A stretch of DNA of 64,000 bases, taken from positions 9,796,001 through 9,860,000 of the forward strand of contig OX597828.1 of NCBI GenBank assembly GCA_951406725.2, in the 5' to 3' direction. The notes beneath the pieces are model-generated. The model had not been told where the DNA came from, made no database searches, and saw nothing but the letters and a program-made list of their open reading frames with translations. Positions 14,097 through 29,062 of this stretch are shown piece by piece. Both the position numbers and the translations under genes were made by a program. The stretch is from Octopus vulgaris (taxonomy: Eukaryota). The first letter of the stretch is position 1. The number at the start of each line of letters is the position of its first letter.

Positions 14097-14425
14097 CATA
14101 TTTGTCTATGCCCAAGATGCTACGTGCTCTCATTTGTGTGGTGTTTCTTTATTCCTATGCATATATCAGTGGGCATATTTGCATGTGTATATGTAGTGGC
14201 TTTGTAATTTAGCATAAAGTGTAATTTAGATGTGCGACTCATTAGAATTTTCAGTAGTCTCTTTTTAATACTCGGAGAAGAAAAGTCAGTTCTTTTAAAA
14301 TACAAAATCGTATCCTACACAATACGTGTAAACATCTAATAATATATGCCCTGTTATCCAGTGAGTTAAACATTCTATAAAACATTGTCTATAGCGGACT
14401 GAAAGCTCTGATTCGTTTACGTGGA

Positions 14426-14537
<112 letters not shown>

Positions 14538-14599
14538 CCCCGGATTCAGTCATGGCCGCAATCAACTGACTAAAAGAAGCAAAAGAATAAAATTGTATA

Positions 14600-14995
14600 G
14601 GCGCAGGAGTGGCTGTGTGGTAAGTATCTTGCTAACCAACCACATGGTTCCGGGTTCTGGCAAGTGCCTTCTGCTATAGCCTCGGGGCGACCAAAGCCTT
14701 GTGAGTGGGCTTGGTAGACGGAAACTGAAAGAAGCGTGTCGTATATATGTATATATATATGTATGTATGTGTATATGTTTGTGTGTGTGTGTTTGTCCCT
14801 CTAGCATTGCTTGACAACCGATGGTGGTGTATTTACGTCCCCGTCACTTAGCGGTTGGGCAAAACAGACCGATAGAATAAGTACTGGGCTTACAAAGAAT
14901 AAGTCCTGGGGTCGATTTGCTCGATTAAAGGCGGTGCTCCAGCATGGCCGCAGTCAAATGACTGAAACAAGTTAAAGAATAAAGAGTAAAAAAGT
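14600..14995 (+). mobile_element. tRNA-derived SINE, family C (internal (TA)/(TG) tract)
   Basis: Head GGCGCAGGAGTGGCTGTGTGGTAAG and 3' block GGCGGTGCTCCAGCATGGCCGCAGTCAAATGACTGAAAC. Homologous copies recur at about 34.8, 38.3, 43.2, 43.7, 44.6, 45.9, 47.1, 52.9 and 58.6 kb. Confidence 0.9.
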
Positions 14996-14997
14996 AG

Positions 14998-15043
<46 letters not shown>

Positions 15044-15064
15044 CATACATACATAAATACATGC

Positions 15065-15127
<63 letters not shown>

Positions 15128-15379
15128 ACAACGAGGTCTGTAATTATTTAATGTTAAATCTGACGGCGATGTCAGTGGACCGTTTAACTTCATGGTAGTG
15201 TACCTAGTCGGTATCAAGAGGTAGAGCTTCGACTTCGTAGCCGTCAGCTGAATTTTTTCTTTCTTTCTTATGATGATAAAATATCTAATCTTTCTGTTCT
15301 TTTCACGGCTACACTACTTGTGGAATTACTTTCATATACATACATATTTATATATACGTACCTACATACACATATATGT

Positions 15380-15560
15380 AGGTTTTCTCTCCTTTTTTCT
15401 CTCCTTGTTTCTCTCCTTGTTTTTTCTGTGTCCCTTTCTGTAGAAGAGCTTAGGCTTGAAACGTAAAAGACTTATTCTATTCCTGAGCGTTATACTAATA
15501 TATCTGTTTGTTTTGTACACCACCTGTCTTCGTCGTTTGTTTTTTGCGTAAGCTTTCCCT
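15380..15560 (+). mobile_element. Short PLE-like terminal repeat with variant hammerhead motif (15434-15469)
   Basis: CTTT-CTGTAGA-AGAGC-TTAG-GCTT-GAAA-CG-TA-AAAG folds like a minimal type I hammerhead with a non-consensus core. It sits between (TA)-rich tracts. Confidence 0.45.
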
Positions 15561-15584
15561 ATATGTATATATATATGTATATAA

Positions 15585-15617
<33 letters not shown>

Positions 15618-17365
15618 ATAGTGGGTAGTTGTGTACCATATAATTGTGCTACTTTGCCATAATTCCAAGCATAAGAGAATGTTTCAATGAAGCAAAGAAA
15701 TGTCTGCCACTATATCTGAATAAAATTTTAAACTGACGCTCAAGAAAAGTTCAATTGCAGAGACATAGATATGTGGTTAAAAAAGGTTGGTTTAAAGGGG
15801 TTTAACTGCGCTACGGATTGTTTTACGCGGCAATGACTTTTATCGTTGGAATTCGGTAAGTGGAACCTGCGCAAATCAACCTGATTGTGTATATGCTTGT
15901 CAGAAGCTGTGCCGAGACAATGTTTGTGAGGCTGTGTATGAGTGTTACTGTGTGTAAATTTTATGAGTAACTCTTATATTTTATCTTTGTTTAACGACGT
16001 TGCATATACTCATGGTTATGAAAGCTAAAAACATAAAGTAATAATGTAAAATTACTTGAAACATTTCTTCCACGTCATATAACCAATGTCTACTCCTCCT
16101 CCTCCCTTAGAAACTCAGCGAACTAGTGATTGGTCCGTTATTAAAAGAACAAAAACAAAAACAAAAACAAGTAAACAGACCGCATTTTTATGAAAAATAA
16201 ATATTATAAACATGTTAAAAGAAATATTTAAAATTGTGAATAGAAATAGCACCGCGTCTTCGATTATTTGTTGTTATATTGTGCTCTGTAGCAGTCGACA
16301 TATTACAGTGCATATTTTTCAATCCCAATACATCAATGTAATCATATTTATATTTTCTTCGCTGATAATATTTCTTTTTATAAACCTCATATTTTAAACT
16401 CCTACTTCCAAAATAGTATTTATTGTGTGTTGGCTCTGGCAATCACTTTAAAGATTTATTTTAACCATCAATTTTCTAATATTGCTGTTCACATTTCCCT
16501 TCTTATAAGATTGTCCCTTCTTCCGAGCAGTCTCTTTTATGACTTTAAATAATATTGTTATGTCTTCTTCTGTGTGACGTTACACAGCTTTAAATACACA
16601 AACACTTTTAGATAAAACGTATTATAATTATTCTTGCATATATTGATGGTTTTATAATCTAAATGTGTGATAAATTTATTTTCATTTTCTTTTCGTTTCT
16701 TTCAATTTCGTGTTATTTCTTTCTGATTGTGTTTAACCTTTTAATCTGTCAGTACATATTACAATTTATTTTACTCTGTCTATTATTTTCATATTACTTC
16801 CGAAAAAAATAAACAAAAACAATTCTTTATTATCATTGTCCAAGTGTCATTCAATTTGACAAATGTCTCCAATAGTTAAATCTCATCTTTGTTTACAATT
16901 TTTATTCATTTATTTTATTTTATTATGATATTTCCTAAATAGATTTAAAGAAACCGTTTAACGGTTTATCAAATATTGCTATTATATAGAGCCGGAAAAC
17001 CACGTGATTTTCAGCCATAAAGACTTACTGTTACATAGAGCCAAGAACACGCACACTAACGTTTACGGGAAAAGCAAGACAGGTGGAAGGGTGGGGCGGA
17101 GTGTGTAGGCCATAAAGAAGAAAAAATGGCGAGGAAGACGTTCCTACGCACATGCATACATACAAACAAACATACATACATGCAAACATACATGTGTACA
17201 TTTATACATTCATGCCTACATGTGTAGATAGTACGTATATGCATACATACGTACATACATACACACATACATACATTCTCTCAGAGCAAATCTGTGAATA
17301 TATATATGCATGTATGTATATACATATGCATATACATATATATGCATATATATATGCATGTATAT

Positions 17366-17423
<58 letters not shown>

Positions 17424-18559
17424 GTATATATATGAATATATTTGTGTATATAAATATATATGTATATATACATAGGTATGTGTGTATATATATGTGTGTG
17501 TGTATGTAAGTATATATAAATCTATATATTTATGTATGTGTATATACTTATATAATTTTGCAAGTATATATATATATATATATATATGTGTGTATACACA
17601 CACACATATATATACGCCATACACATATTTTCCACTTTGTGTTTATACATGAGTATTTCTCCCTTTATCATCACCTTTCTTCCTATTCACAAACAGAATA
17701 ATTTATTCTAAAATGTTTCATAACATACATATTGCTCTGAATGAATAGATACTATCGGTCTTTACGCGACAGCTATTTTAGTTCATTCTCCTATTGAAGT
17801 CGCTTTTCTTCTACTAACAGCTGAAATATGTAATTCTGTAGAGTTAAAAGTCTATTTATATTTAAAAAGAAACTGCACATTGCTTGGCTTATTTCTGCGT
17901 GTATATTTTCTGCAAAATGACATATAATGTCCTGCAAATCACAAACTACCATTTTCATAAATGGAAGGCACATCGATTCATTGAAGGAGAATCATTGTAT
18001 ATATATTGTATGTACCCTCAACGAAATATGCAAAAATTACAGAAATAGCAGTCAAATCTACTCCATCATATTGCTTATGTTCTTTAAAATATGAACATAA
18101 CTTTGTAGTTCATTATATACCAAAAAGTGAATTTTAAGAAGGAAAGTGTTGATATTATGTCAGCTTTATTAACTCTGATTGAGGAAGGAAGAATATATAT
18201 TTATCATTAATATACGTTGAAATATTTGCACTTGTACATTTATTTTGCTTGTTATTGTCTAGGCAAAAGTCCGGAAGCATCGAAACTTACTTTCAATATG
18301 TGGTATTGCCATATTTTATTCTGCTGTTCATGCCGTGTTTAATGATAATGGGTATGAATTCACGTTGCCTTTCGATTAACGCCTATATTTACTCTACCAT
18401 TGACTCGGCGAAAATTTGGTCAGGAGAAGCTATACACTTAACCACTTAAAACTTTTAATTCTTCATCAGCTGATAGATTATACATCTACAGACGATTGCA
18501 TGCAAAAGAGTTTTCCAATTTAGCAAGTGGACTGTAGCCTAAAGTTGGGTTCTTTTCAA

Positions 18560-19721
18560 AATTAAGATTAGTAAAGTAACTTTTTTAATCTAAAATATAC
18601 TCTCCTTCACTTTCTACAATGCTCTTCTATCAATTTTGTTGACTTGCAAAGCCCCTTTTCCAAAATTCACTTATCCGTGACGAAAAATATTTCTCCAGTA
18701 CTGTTCTGACCTGTTCTACAAAATTCGTATTTTTTCCGTCCAACTTATTTTGAAGACTGTGGAATAAATGATAATCAGATGGGGCAATTTCCTGTCAATA
18801 TGGCAGATGGGGCATCGTTTCCCATCCCAACATCCTCTCTGTATGTGACCGAGCATCATCCTGATTGAAGGAACAGTTTTCGTCTTGAAATCAAAAATGG
18901 TCGATTTTCTTCCAGCTATGATTTAAGCCGCTCAAGTTGCCCGCAGTTGATCTATATTGTCGTTTAGTTTAAGTTTAAAAGTTTAAAGTGAATTAACCCT
19001 TTGATACACCACAAAACAGATAACTATAACTCACATGGGTGAAGATCTTCTTTAGCCTGGGGTGCCGGTGTTTCTCCTCTCCCTACCCACTGGCTTCGGT
19101 GCTTGAAATTTTTATAGAGAACCCATTTCTCGTCACCAGTTACTGTTTGGTCCAAAAAATTTCATTCGTGAGACGTGACAGCAAAGAAGTGCACAGATTT
19201 GAAAAGTTTGTGAGAAACTCGTTGATCAAATTTGCTTACTTTTCTTATGGCATGCAGGTGCCAATGAATGGTGGAACGACCAAATCTAAGCATCTTTACT
19301 AGATGCTCAACAGTTACGATGGGATTTTTCCCAGCAGGTTTTGCAGAACGTCCTCTTCGAGCTCTACAGACCTTACAGGACGAGGCTCATCTTGTAGGCT
19401 GTAGTTTCCTGCTCGGAATTTCTGGCTTACACTTATTGTCCTATTCTCGTATACTGTATTAATACTCCTCGCATTTTCCGTTATGTTGTTGCATATGTTG
19501 AACTCACAAAGCAAAATATGCCCAATAAGCTCCTTTGTCAGTTCCATAATAGATTTGAAAATATAACAGTTAAAATTAAACTGTACTCTTCAAAACTAAG
19601 AATAAGATAGAATTACTACCTGCTTTTATAGCAAGTTGATGCAGGTAGTCCACCCCGCCTCGTTTCCGATTTTTAGTTCATACAATTGAAAAAAGTTGCA
19701 TTGTTTATGGGATGTCTATTA
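18560..19721 (-). mobile_element. Near full-length degenerate mariner (Mos1-like); transposase pseudogene ~18585-19547
   Basis: N-terminus MELTKELIGHILLCEFN..ENARSINTVY..KFRAGNYSLQDEPRPVRS (mariner HTH). C-terminus GWETMPHLPY*QEIAPSDYHLFHSLQNKLDGK and EGEYILD*. Stops and frameshifts throughout. Confidence 0.9.
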
Positions 19722-19796
19722 TGTCTCTTTGCAATTATAAAAACGTATTACAAAAGCATTTAATAGGATATCATTATCAGATTTACATTTCCCACT

Positions 19797-20790
19797 CAGT
19801 GGTTATCAAAGTTTTTAAAGACATAGCATTTGAGTTTTTCAGACACCTTATTGATGGAAGAAGAGCTTCTCTTAAATGAAACTAAAGAAAATCGCTACTC
19901 CCTAAGAAATGGCACAATGTGCATCGTGGTTTATTGAAACAAAATCGGATACTGCACCCAGCGAAACTACAGGATTAAGTATCCACTTTCACATCCATCA
20001 ATTCTTGCATGGTACACGAAATTTTTGGAAACAAGAACAGTGGGGAGTGGACGATCAAAATTATCAGAGGACGACCAAAATTATCGGAGGATCTTTAAGA
20101 CAAGTCTTGGCTAGTTATCCAACAAAGTCCAGACCTACTTCTGCCAGACAGCTACAGCTACAGCGGTCAACAGTGTACAAAGACCTATGCAAGAACTTGC
20201 TATTGTACGCTTTAAAAGCGCATCTGTTTCAGCTACTCGAACCAAAACGAAAAGCGTTTGCAGTCATCATGCTGGAACGAATTTCTGAGGATGCAGCGTT
20301 CTTCGATCTAGTTTTTGTTCGTGATTAGACGATTTCATGTTTCAGAGGAAACTGATCACTTATAATGTAAAGATCTGGGGATCCGAACACCGCATGTGAC
20401 CGGGAAATTTTACCGAGATAGTCGAAAGGTGAATATCTGGTGTGGGATGATGTGCAATCAAATCATTGGTTCAGTTTTCTTCACAGAGAAATTAATTTCC
20501 TGCAAATGTTTACTTTGATCTTTTGAGTAAATATGTGGAACCACAACTAGATGACCTTCAACCAAGCATAATTTTCGAGCAGAAGGGTGCACCACCACAT
20601 TGGGGACTGCTTCTTCATGGGTTCCTAAATCAAACGTTTCCAGACCTCTGGATTGGAAGGGATGGCCCAGTTCTTTTGCCATCCCGTTCCCCCGATATCA
20701 CCCCCCACTGGACAATATCCACTTTTTAATTGGTAACAATTTCCACAAATTTATTTGCATTTCAGACAAATTTTTGAAATTGTGCATGTG
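19797..20790 (+). mobile_element. Degenerate Tc1/mariner-superfamily transposon (Tc3/DD41D-like, DUF4817-type N-terminus)
   Basis: MAQCASWFIETKSDT N-terminus, then PQLDDLQPSIIFEQKGAPPHWGL..FLNQTFPDLWIGRDGPVLLPSRSPDITP, matching the FQQDGAPPH and WPPRSPDLTP motifs. Boundaries approximate. Confidence 0.8.
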
Positions 20791-21720
20791 TGTGTGTGTT
20801 TGTCTAATATCAATCTTATTTTTAAAAGATGTAACAAAATTTCCGTCACAAATATACCCATCAGGTAAAGAATATATATGAAAATACACAAGATTTAACT
20901 TTGTCACACTAATAGGAACCAATTGTAACAGATACTGATAAATGTTTATGAAACAGGCAATAAAACAGTTTCAATAAATTATGTGAGACGTCTACTTTCT
21001 GCAATGTCTAATCGTCTGTTTCAACGATAAGTGATCAATTTGTTCTGATAAGGGATCAACGCAAAGTTGACACTTTTCTAAATTCCCAGGTTAGGTTCGA
21101 GTTAAGTTGACTGCAAGAAGCCTGGTATTTATCTTGTGTACGATTTTAAGTCTCTGCCGAACATTATGAGCACAGATCACTTTCATCTGACTAAGCTAAT
21201 TATCAAGAAGGGAAAATGTGGAATACTTCTAAAAAATGAAAAGCTGTAGAGATATGAAGGAACTTTTTCTGGTGAAGAATATTATACTTAATAAAGAACT
21301 GCAGAGTTATCATAGTTATGCTTGTGTTAAAATGTGATAGAGTACGGATTATGTTACGAATCAGTAATTGTACGATAAACATATCATTACGAACAAATAT
21401 TAATTTGTGTTCAAGTAACATTTGTGATGTTTTCACAGTTATTATACTCCATACTACGCGAAATTCAGTGTAGCAAACAATTTGTAAGCAAATTGTGGCG
21501 ATATTTAAGGATATTATTCCTAACAATTGACAGAATTAAAATTATGATGAATATCACGTAGTTTGATGCAAATCATCAATCTTAAATAAAAATGTACTAC
21601 GCATTAGTAAGCACGTGCGCTGGTGTGCTTCATACAAGTAAAACTTAAATCTCTTTCGATGTATAACGGTATAGATTTTATAAACAGATATAACATGTAA
21701 ATATTTCAAGCAATAATAAC

Positions 21721-21826
21721 AAGCATAATTTAAAGTTAACTATACTACCAAAAAAGCATGTTTTAAAGTTAACTATACTAACAAAAAAGCGTCTTTTAAA
21801 GTTAGCTATACCAACTAAGAAAAAGC
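21721..21826. repeat. 33-bp minisatellite, about 3 diverged copies
   Basis: Unit approximately AAGCATNNTTTAAAGTTAACTATACTACCAAAA. Confidence 0.8.
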
Positions 21827-22830
21827 TAGACTGATTCAACGATATATTGCTAATATGTGTTCCTTATGTAATAAGACGGATCATACACTTTCATAATTGA
21901 ACAGATAATCAATTATTTCATTGATGACGAAAAATAAATCGAAACGAAAAAAAGGGCAATATGATGTAAATTTATAAAGAGAAGAAAAAAATGAACAAAA
22001 TAATCAAGGCTTCAAGAGGACTGTACGAAACAGGAGATCTATTGTGATCAAGAATACTTCATACAAATCCCACAGGTTATCGATTCGGTTATTATGGTTT
22101 TGTCAGTGATAGAAAGGGAAAAGTGATGTAAAGTCTATCAAATAGAACGAATGAGAACAACTAAATGAGTTGTCAATAGACAAAACTCAAATGAATACGC
22201 ATATGCACTTACGTATGTATATCTTTGTATATGTAAATTAATTAATATTACAAATACTTTACGTGAATGGATATATATATACACACACACGAACAGACAC
22301 ACCCATATATGTATATGTATACCCAAACACACACACATATACACAAACACACACATGCACGCACACACACAAACATATATATATATATATATATATAACG
22401 AGAGAGAGAGAGGAGAGTCAGAGTTTGTATATCGGGGTATTGTGTGTGTGGACGTTCGCAAATGTATTAAAGCGCTTCACTTTGCCAACTTCTAACTATG
22501 CGTTTAGAGAAAAGAAACAACTGAATAGGCGCTTGTTATTGGTATAGATGAATGAAGAAAAGAGGTAGAACAGTGAACATGTATAGCTGAATGAAGTCTA
22601 GAAGAGAAATCAAAAGAGTGTTTCTTTCTAAATTCTGGTACACAAATATGAAGCACATTGAACGCCTATCGATTTTCGATCAATATATTCGATCTGTGTT
22701 CGGTCTGGACAACATCAAACATTACAATAGATAACTTTTCGCAGCCAACATATCCACAAATATACTTAGTACCTTTCTCCATATACATACGCACACACAT
22801 ATATATATAAATATGTATATGCAAATGTAA

Positions 22831-22877
<47 letters not shown>

Positions 22878-23057
22878 CGCGCGCGTGTGTGTGTATGTGT
22901 GTGTTTTATGTGAGAGTGCTTGTGTGTGTATATGTATACTTATATATATATATATAAGTAAATATATAATCGTATATACATATATAACTATATATATATG
23001 CATACATATGTATATATATATATACATATTCATATATATAAATATATATGCATATAC

Positions 23058-23088
<31 letters not shown>

Positions 23089-23147
23089 CATATATATTAT
23101 ATATGTATATATATACATATATATATATAAATATACATATGTATACG

Positions 23148-23179
<32 letters not shown>

Positions 23180-25647
23180 TATATGATTATATATACGATT
23201 ATGAATGCATACCATGTATGTATGCATGTATGTATTATGTGTGTGAATGTATGCATGTATACTTAAAGATCGTGTGTGCTTGAATGCGTAATATATGCTT
23301 AATATAATGTATCCTTATAGTATAGTCTTTGACTATGCAAATGTTGATTTTTTATATGTTATACGTAGTCATGTGTATTAATAGATAAATGTAATAACAG
23401 ATACAGATGCATAAAATATGTGCACAAGCCAACATATACTGACAATTAGCAAATTGCACACACTTGAGTACAGATACACTTGAAAAGAAATACGCGCAAA
23501 CACATATACACATGCATAAGCCCTTAAAATCTTATAACGGAAAAACTCACCATACTATAACCGAACAGTGTTAATTATACCATATCTTTGCAGGAACACG
23601 CAAAATGTATATAAGGGTACGTCGAAAGATTAGGGATCATCATAATTATAAGTTAAGGACACGTCTAATTTTGAAACGTTTTTTTTCTGTTGATATAGTT
23701 AACCTTTGTTGAAACTGAGCTTGCAATTTAAGACAGATATGTTAATACTAAGTAGATATAGGTGTGTAAATCAAAGAGCAAAATTATGTTACATAAAGAA
23801 AATTATATATGACGCAAATGCATCTCCTTTCTTCGCAGAAATTAGTTCTATACTTCCTCTATTAATTGAATATGCTTGTAAACTTCTAGAAAGTCCCTAA
23901 CATGGTCTGAATTCTACCGTTATTTATATGAACAAATTTTGTGAATTGGAAATTTTACTCGTCCAATATATATTCCCCTGCATGCACACATGTGTACAAA
24001 TATAGATATATGAGATATACTTGCATAATTTCATATGCAGTGTACCTCCTAGTTTTTCGCTAAGCACATTGAGTAAACATCAACAAAAGCATCTTTCAAC
24101 AGAAAAAGAAGACTTAGTCATTTTGAAAATGCCATAAAACGAAGATATTGGTTAGAGAGAAATTACCAATACGAAGGGCCAAGGACGTGAGTTTATGAAG
24201 ATATGGATTCAATTGTGAGACAAGTACAGAATATTCCTCGCACAAATGGCCACTTGATTTAATCCTCAGGCAGGATATGTGTGACATTGTGTGTTATGAA
24301 TTTGTATCTATAATTTACAGGTATGTTCTATCAGTTTTGTGTACCTATGTTTCCTGATACAATATTGGTCACCCCAATTCTAGAGAATATTACATTTACA
24401 TAAGCTGCCACACACTGTCAAGTAAGTGATACGTCGAGTTTACTAAGCGGACTATGTTATAACTGGGATATATTGCATGCGTGGTTGATGTTCTTCGTAA
24501 TGAATAAGTAATGAACTTATTATCTATATTTTGCAGCCAAATGCCAATATGCCTATTCAGTTAATTACAAGCAATTTGTATTTCTTTATAAACATGAAGG
24601 AGCCGTTTTCCAGCAAGCCCTGCACTGAGTTAGGGTCCTTTAATTGCCCACATGGGAAATATTATTTTCCCAAGACTTACGAAACATGACTAGATTAAAT
24701 CGATACGAATGATCCGAGGCAAATGTGTTCACAGGAAAAGAAGTGCTCGCCAATCGAAAACTGATTCTTCTGTTTCAAAATACGTTTGTGATTGTTTGTA
24801 TATGAAAGAAATGATAAAATAATGGTTGACGAGACGAAACTTTAGACTAAAACGACATTTTGTGCTTATTAAAACTTGTAAAAATGATTAACTGCATGAA
24901 AACTTAATAAACTGTGAAGATAATGATAATCCAGTAGATAAATTTCAGCCGTAACTACAAATTAGATTCTCTACAAATTAGATTCTATATGTCGAAACCA
25001 TCATCTTCAGCGCAATCCTGAGGGCTTAGATCTCTAAATCGTATACAAAGTACGCAAAAATGAAATGATCAGGTGTTTAATTGTGTATCACTGTAGCGAT
25101 ACTTGCAAACTACACAGCAGGCAAATCACCAACAAGAGCATTAATTGCAAATTGCTGAATATATAGTTTGTATGCAAAATTTGTTTATATAATGCAGTAA
25201 TTTTAGTAAGCAAAACGAAACGTGCGATGTAACAGAGATTGGCAGACATATAAATATATAAATATTTATATATACATACGTTGATATATAAAATATACCA
25301 TGCTATACATACTATTAAATTGATTTAATGAAATTTATTAACCGTGGTATATGATCCGTTGTCGTTCTATACACAGGGAGAAGTATATAGAACGACAGGA
25401 AGTTATAAATCCACTGCCTTCTTTAAAACAGCTCCGGAATGGATAATACAATAATAAATAATGGCTGATGTGATGGCATATGATGTAAATGAGGCAATTA
25501 TTTGGAAGATGCATGAACTATTGAGTAGCAGACATCGATTTGTTCTATTACACACTATCTGTCCCTGCTCCCCGCTTCATCTCTGTATGTGTGTGTGTGT
25601 ATTTGTGCTTGCGTGTGCCTATATATACATACATGTATTTACATAGA

Positions 25648-25748
<101 letters not shown>

Positions 25749-26259
25749 TTCTCTGTATATGCATATACATATAAATGCCTATAAATGTATATATATATAT
25801 TTATACATAGATACACACACACACATATATATATATGTATATATATATACACGTGCACAAGTGCATAATCGTATAGGAATACATAGGTCTGTATGCGTCA
25901 TTTATTACCTCAGTCTAAGTATTTGTACAGCGATCACAGCTGTGTAGTGATTTTGTAGGGGAGTAGCTGTTTATGCCATTAAGTTTTGAATCCGTATGTA
26001 AAGTAGATCAAAGTCGAAATGCATATAGTGTTTTTTCTTGTCTATTTTATTTAATCTTATAAATCCAAAATTTTATAAGAAAATACCAATTGTTCGTTCA
26101 GATATAATCAGCATAAAACCCAAGTATACGCTCCACATTTCTTGAAATAGTAAACACACTTCCAAGTTTAACATCCAGGTGTGTTTAACAATATAAAATA
26201 TTTAGGGCATGTTTTCGAAAGATACATGGACACCGCACTGTCTTGTCACTTTCGAAATA

Positions 26260-27060
26260 TCCTTATTTATAGCGGATGATTATTTGGTTCGATCTGGGTA
26301 ATACAAAGTCCAAAATATATCAGATACTCTAAAAAAGCAATATCTAAATGATGGTGGCTTAGAAAGAAAAAGTGTGCTGTAAATTGAGTACAAATATGTC
26401 CATCTAATGAAAATTGATCTCAATATTCACCTTGGGACTTGCGAAATTAAATATTGACACCATGAGATAAGAAATCGAATTCAGAAATCTCAATTAACCT
26501 GGTGAGCAATAAATTTTCTAATCAACACAGTACTAATACCAATAACATGAGACGATGAAGATGTGGATATTTTCTCCAACCAGAACTATATAATGAGAGA
26601 ACTATAGGAATACGAAGAGTGGAACTGGCAAAAAAAAAGCACTATATTCGAAGGCATGCGTCAATTCTAAGTAAGAGAAGCATTAATATTAACTTAAAGA
26701 TTTGGTTATATATAGTAATATTTCTGCGAACTGATCTGTATGGCTCTAAACCAAATGTAATGTTTATGCTTGGGAGTGCAATGATTTGTTCACTAGACTC
26801 TTCTGCAAACGATATAAAAGAAACGGGTGGGTGAAGAGGAGATTCCCTCTGCCATTCGAGGAAGAAATTAAAGGCAGAAAGATCAGATTGACATGATAAA
26901 TGGAGCTTGCTGCTTTATGCATATTACAAGGAGATACCTAATTTATGTAGGTGTCAGTATACAAATTGGATTGATGTTGTTGACACCACGAGAAAACAAT
27001 GAAAATAATGTTGAATTCAGAGAAAAGAGAGATAAGAATATGCAACGCATGGCAAAATTC
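26260..27060 (+). mobile_element. Highly decayed RTE-like LINE fragment
   Basis: LFIADD (YADD-like) near 26265 and SININLKIWLYIVIFLRTDLYGSKP, resembling the RTE K..LY..V.P.LLYGSE motif. Boundaries approximate. Confidence 0.45.
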
Positions 27061-29062
27061 TAACTGTAACAAGAGTCAATATCCGATTTAAAGCCACATT
27101 AATTCACGTAAATATCTTATACACGCTACATATAATCCACACGAATCTGAACTTCACTTTATACGCTGCATTACCAAAAAGGAATAAAAACTTAAGGTAA
27201 AGGAAAATCCTTCGAGATATAACAATACCAGTAATTTACGGTCATACAAATTGTAGACATTGTAAACTCTACTACTTGCAACACCCAACACAATCAATAT
27301 GGCTTAGCTAACTTATCGTCCGAAGATTACCCAAGTTCTTATTGCTATCCAAACTCTGTCGCTACTGGACAGGTCTCTAAATATAAAAAAAATGAGATTG
27401 ACCCATAGAGCCAATACATATATGTACACAGCGACACTGCATTGCTGTTCTACTCGTAAAATTGCGGCTCACTTATTAGATGCGTAACATTTAGTAATTT
27501 TGTTAGCTATCAAAGTGACGACGTTCGGCTTATGAAATACATATTCTTCAGTGTGTATAGTAGTGTAACTGTAGCTGCATTAACCATATTTATTTACTCA
27601 AAATCATGGGGGCATTCGAATAAGGAACTGAGTACGACAAAACAAAAGGGGGTTTTAGAGTCACAAGTTAAATTATACGTTTTTAATAAGAGTGAACTTG
27701 TCTCGATCTAAATCAATTAGTCAAAGTGTTCTAACCGAAATATAAGGCGAACTTTCGTACATACTATCCAGAGACCACTCCAAGGGTTAAATATTTAATG
27801 TTAGAATTTAATTATGCCGATCATAACCACTTTCCTTTAATTCTATCATATTAACTTATTCATATGTGAAATATTTCCTGAGACTATAAGGTTTTGAATG
27901 AATGTTTTTTTTTTAATTATAGAGATGTAAGTATGCACTTTAACAAGGCATACAATTTCTTTTCCGAGATTGCAAATCGAATCTACCCCTTTTGTTCAGA
28001 TTTGAACATATTACCTGTATGAATATATAATACTAATTTACCACCCACCATTTCTACTATGAAGCTGCCCCTTGTGAATTTCATTACATTTCTCATATTA
28101 AATTTGTTACAAAATAATCAGTTAAAATTAATGTAGAGTTTACATGAGAATAAAGGAGAAAACCGAGAACAAAACGAAAAATAATATCGATAGGTTATTA
28201 CCAAATTGTTTTCATGAAGATTAAACATTGTATTTAAAGTACATATTGCCTCCAAAGTGAAAACTATTAATACGTTCACATTTTACAGTTCAATGTTCCG
28301 TTCTAAGAAATATGTAATATACCAGAATGAAAATGAAAATCTAATGCAAGTTATTAAGGTAACAATATAATAAATGGTATAGAATTGTGCTATGTTGCAG
28401 ACATGTCGTAAAAGTAAGAGTTTCTAATGTGAAGCATTGTCTCATAGGAATCTATCAGTTCTTTGATTTTACATTCGGGAAATTTTAAATACTTTATATA
28501 AAGTGTTAGTTCAAGGAGAAGCGCTATTATGTTATTAGAATATCAATTTAAATAAATCGTAGTGAATATTAGCTGAGGTTGTTCCATTAATACGACTAAG
28601 TTATCGTTTCATGTAACTAAAATTTACATCAATAAATATGAGAAATATGGCTTCCTACATCTTGTGTTTATTAAAGTTTCCTTATTTTTTGCGATCAACA
28701 ACACATACAAAGGTGGTCTCCCATCTCTTCAGGCATTTGAGCTGACTGCATGACATAAAATATCTGACAGGATAAAAAGTAAGATAGTGATAAAGTTGAA
28801 GATGTATGTTCGGACATGAAATACAGATCGGATTTCCAGACACGTTGCAGACATATTTTAAAAATAATAATGAAACATCATGAGAACCAAGTCACTAAAA
28901 TACGAATGATAAGAGTGAGCAGTTAACTTGAGCAAATTATTTTATAATGAGCCAAGTGGAAATAGGACAGGGGTTATGCAATTAAAGCATTTTCTTTTAG
29001 TTGCATTCATATTGTCCACGATGAAAGCATCAAATTTACCAATATCCATATAGAGAACGTGC

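Noticed and set aside
16215-16313. Short minus-strand ORF containing RRRGAIS, a PKA pseudosubstrate-like motif
   Set aside because: Only 32 codons from the first ATG, no convincing splice donor and no other homology; likely chance.
21721-21826. 33-bp repeats superficially like a CRISPR array
   Set aside because: Contiguous tandem units with no unique spacers, no cas genes, and a eukaryotic context.
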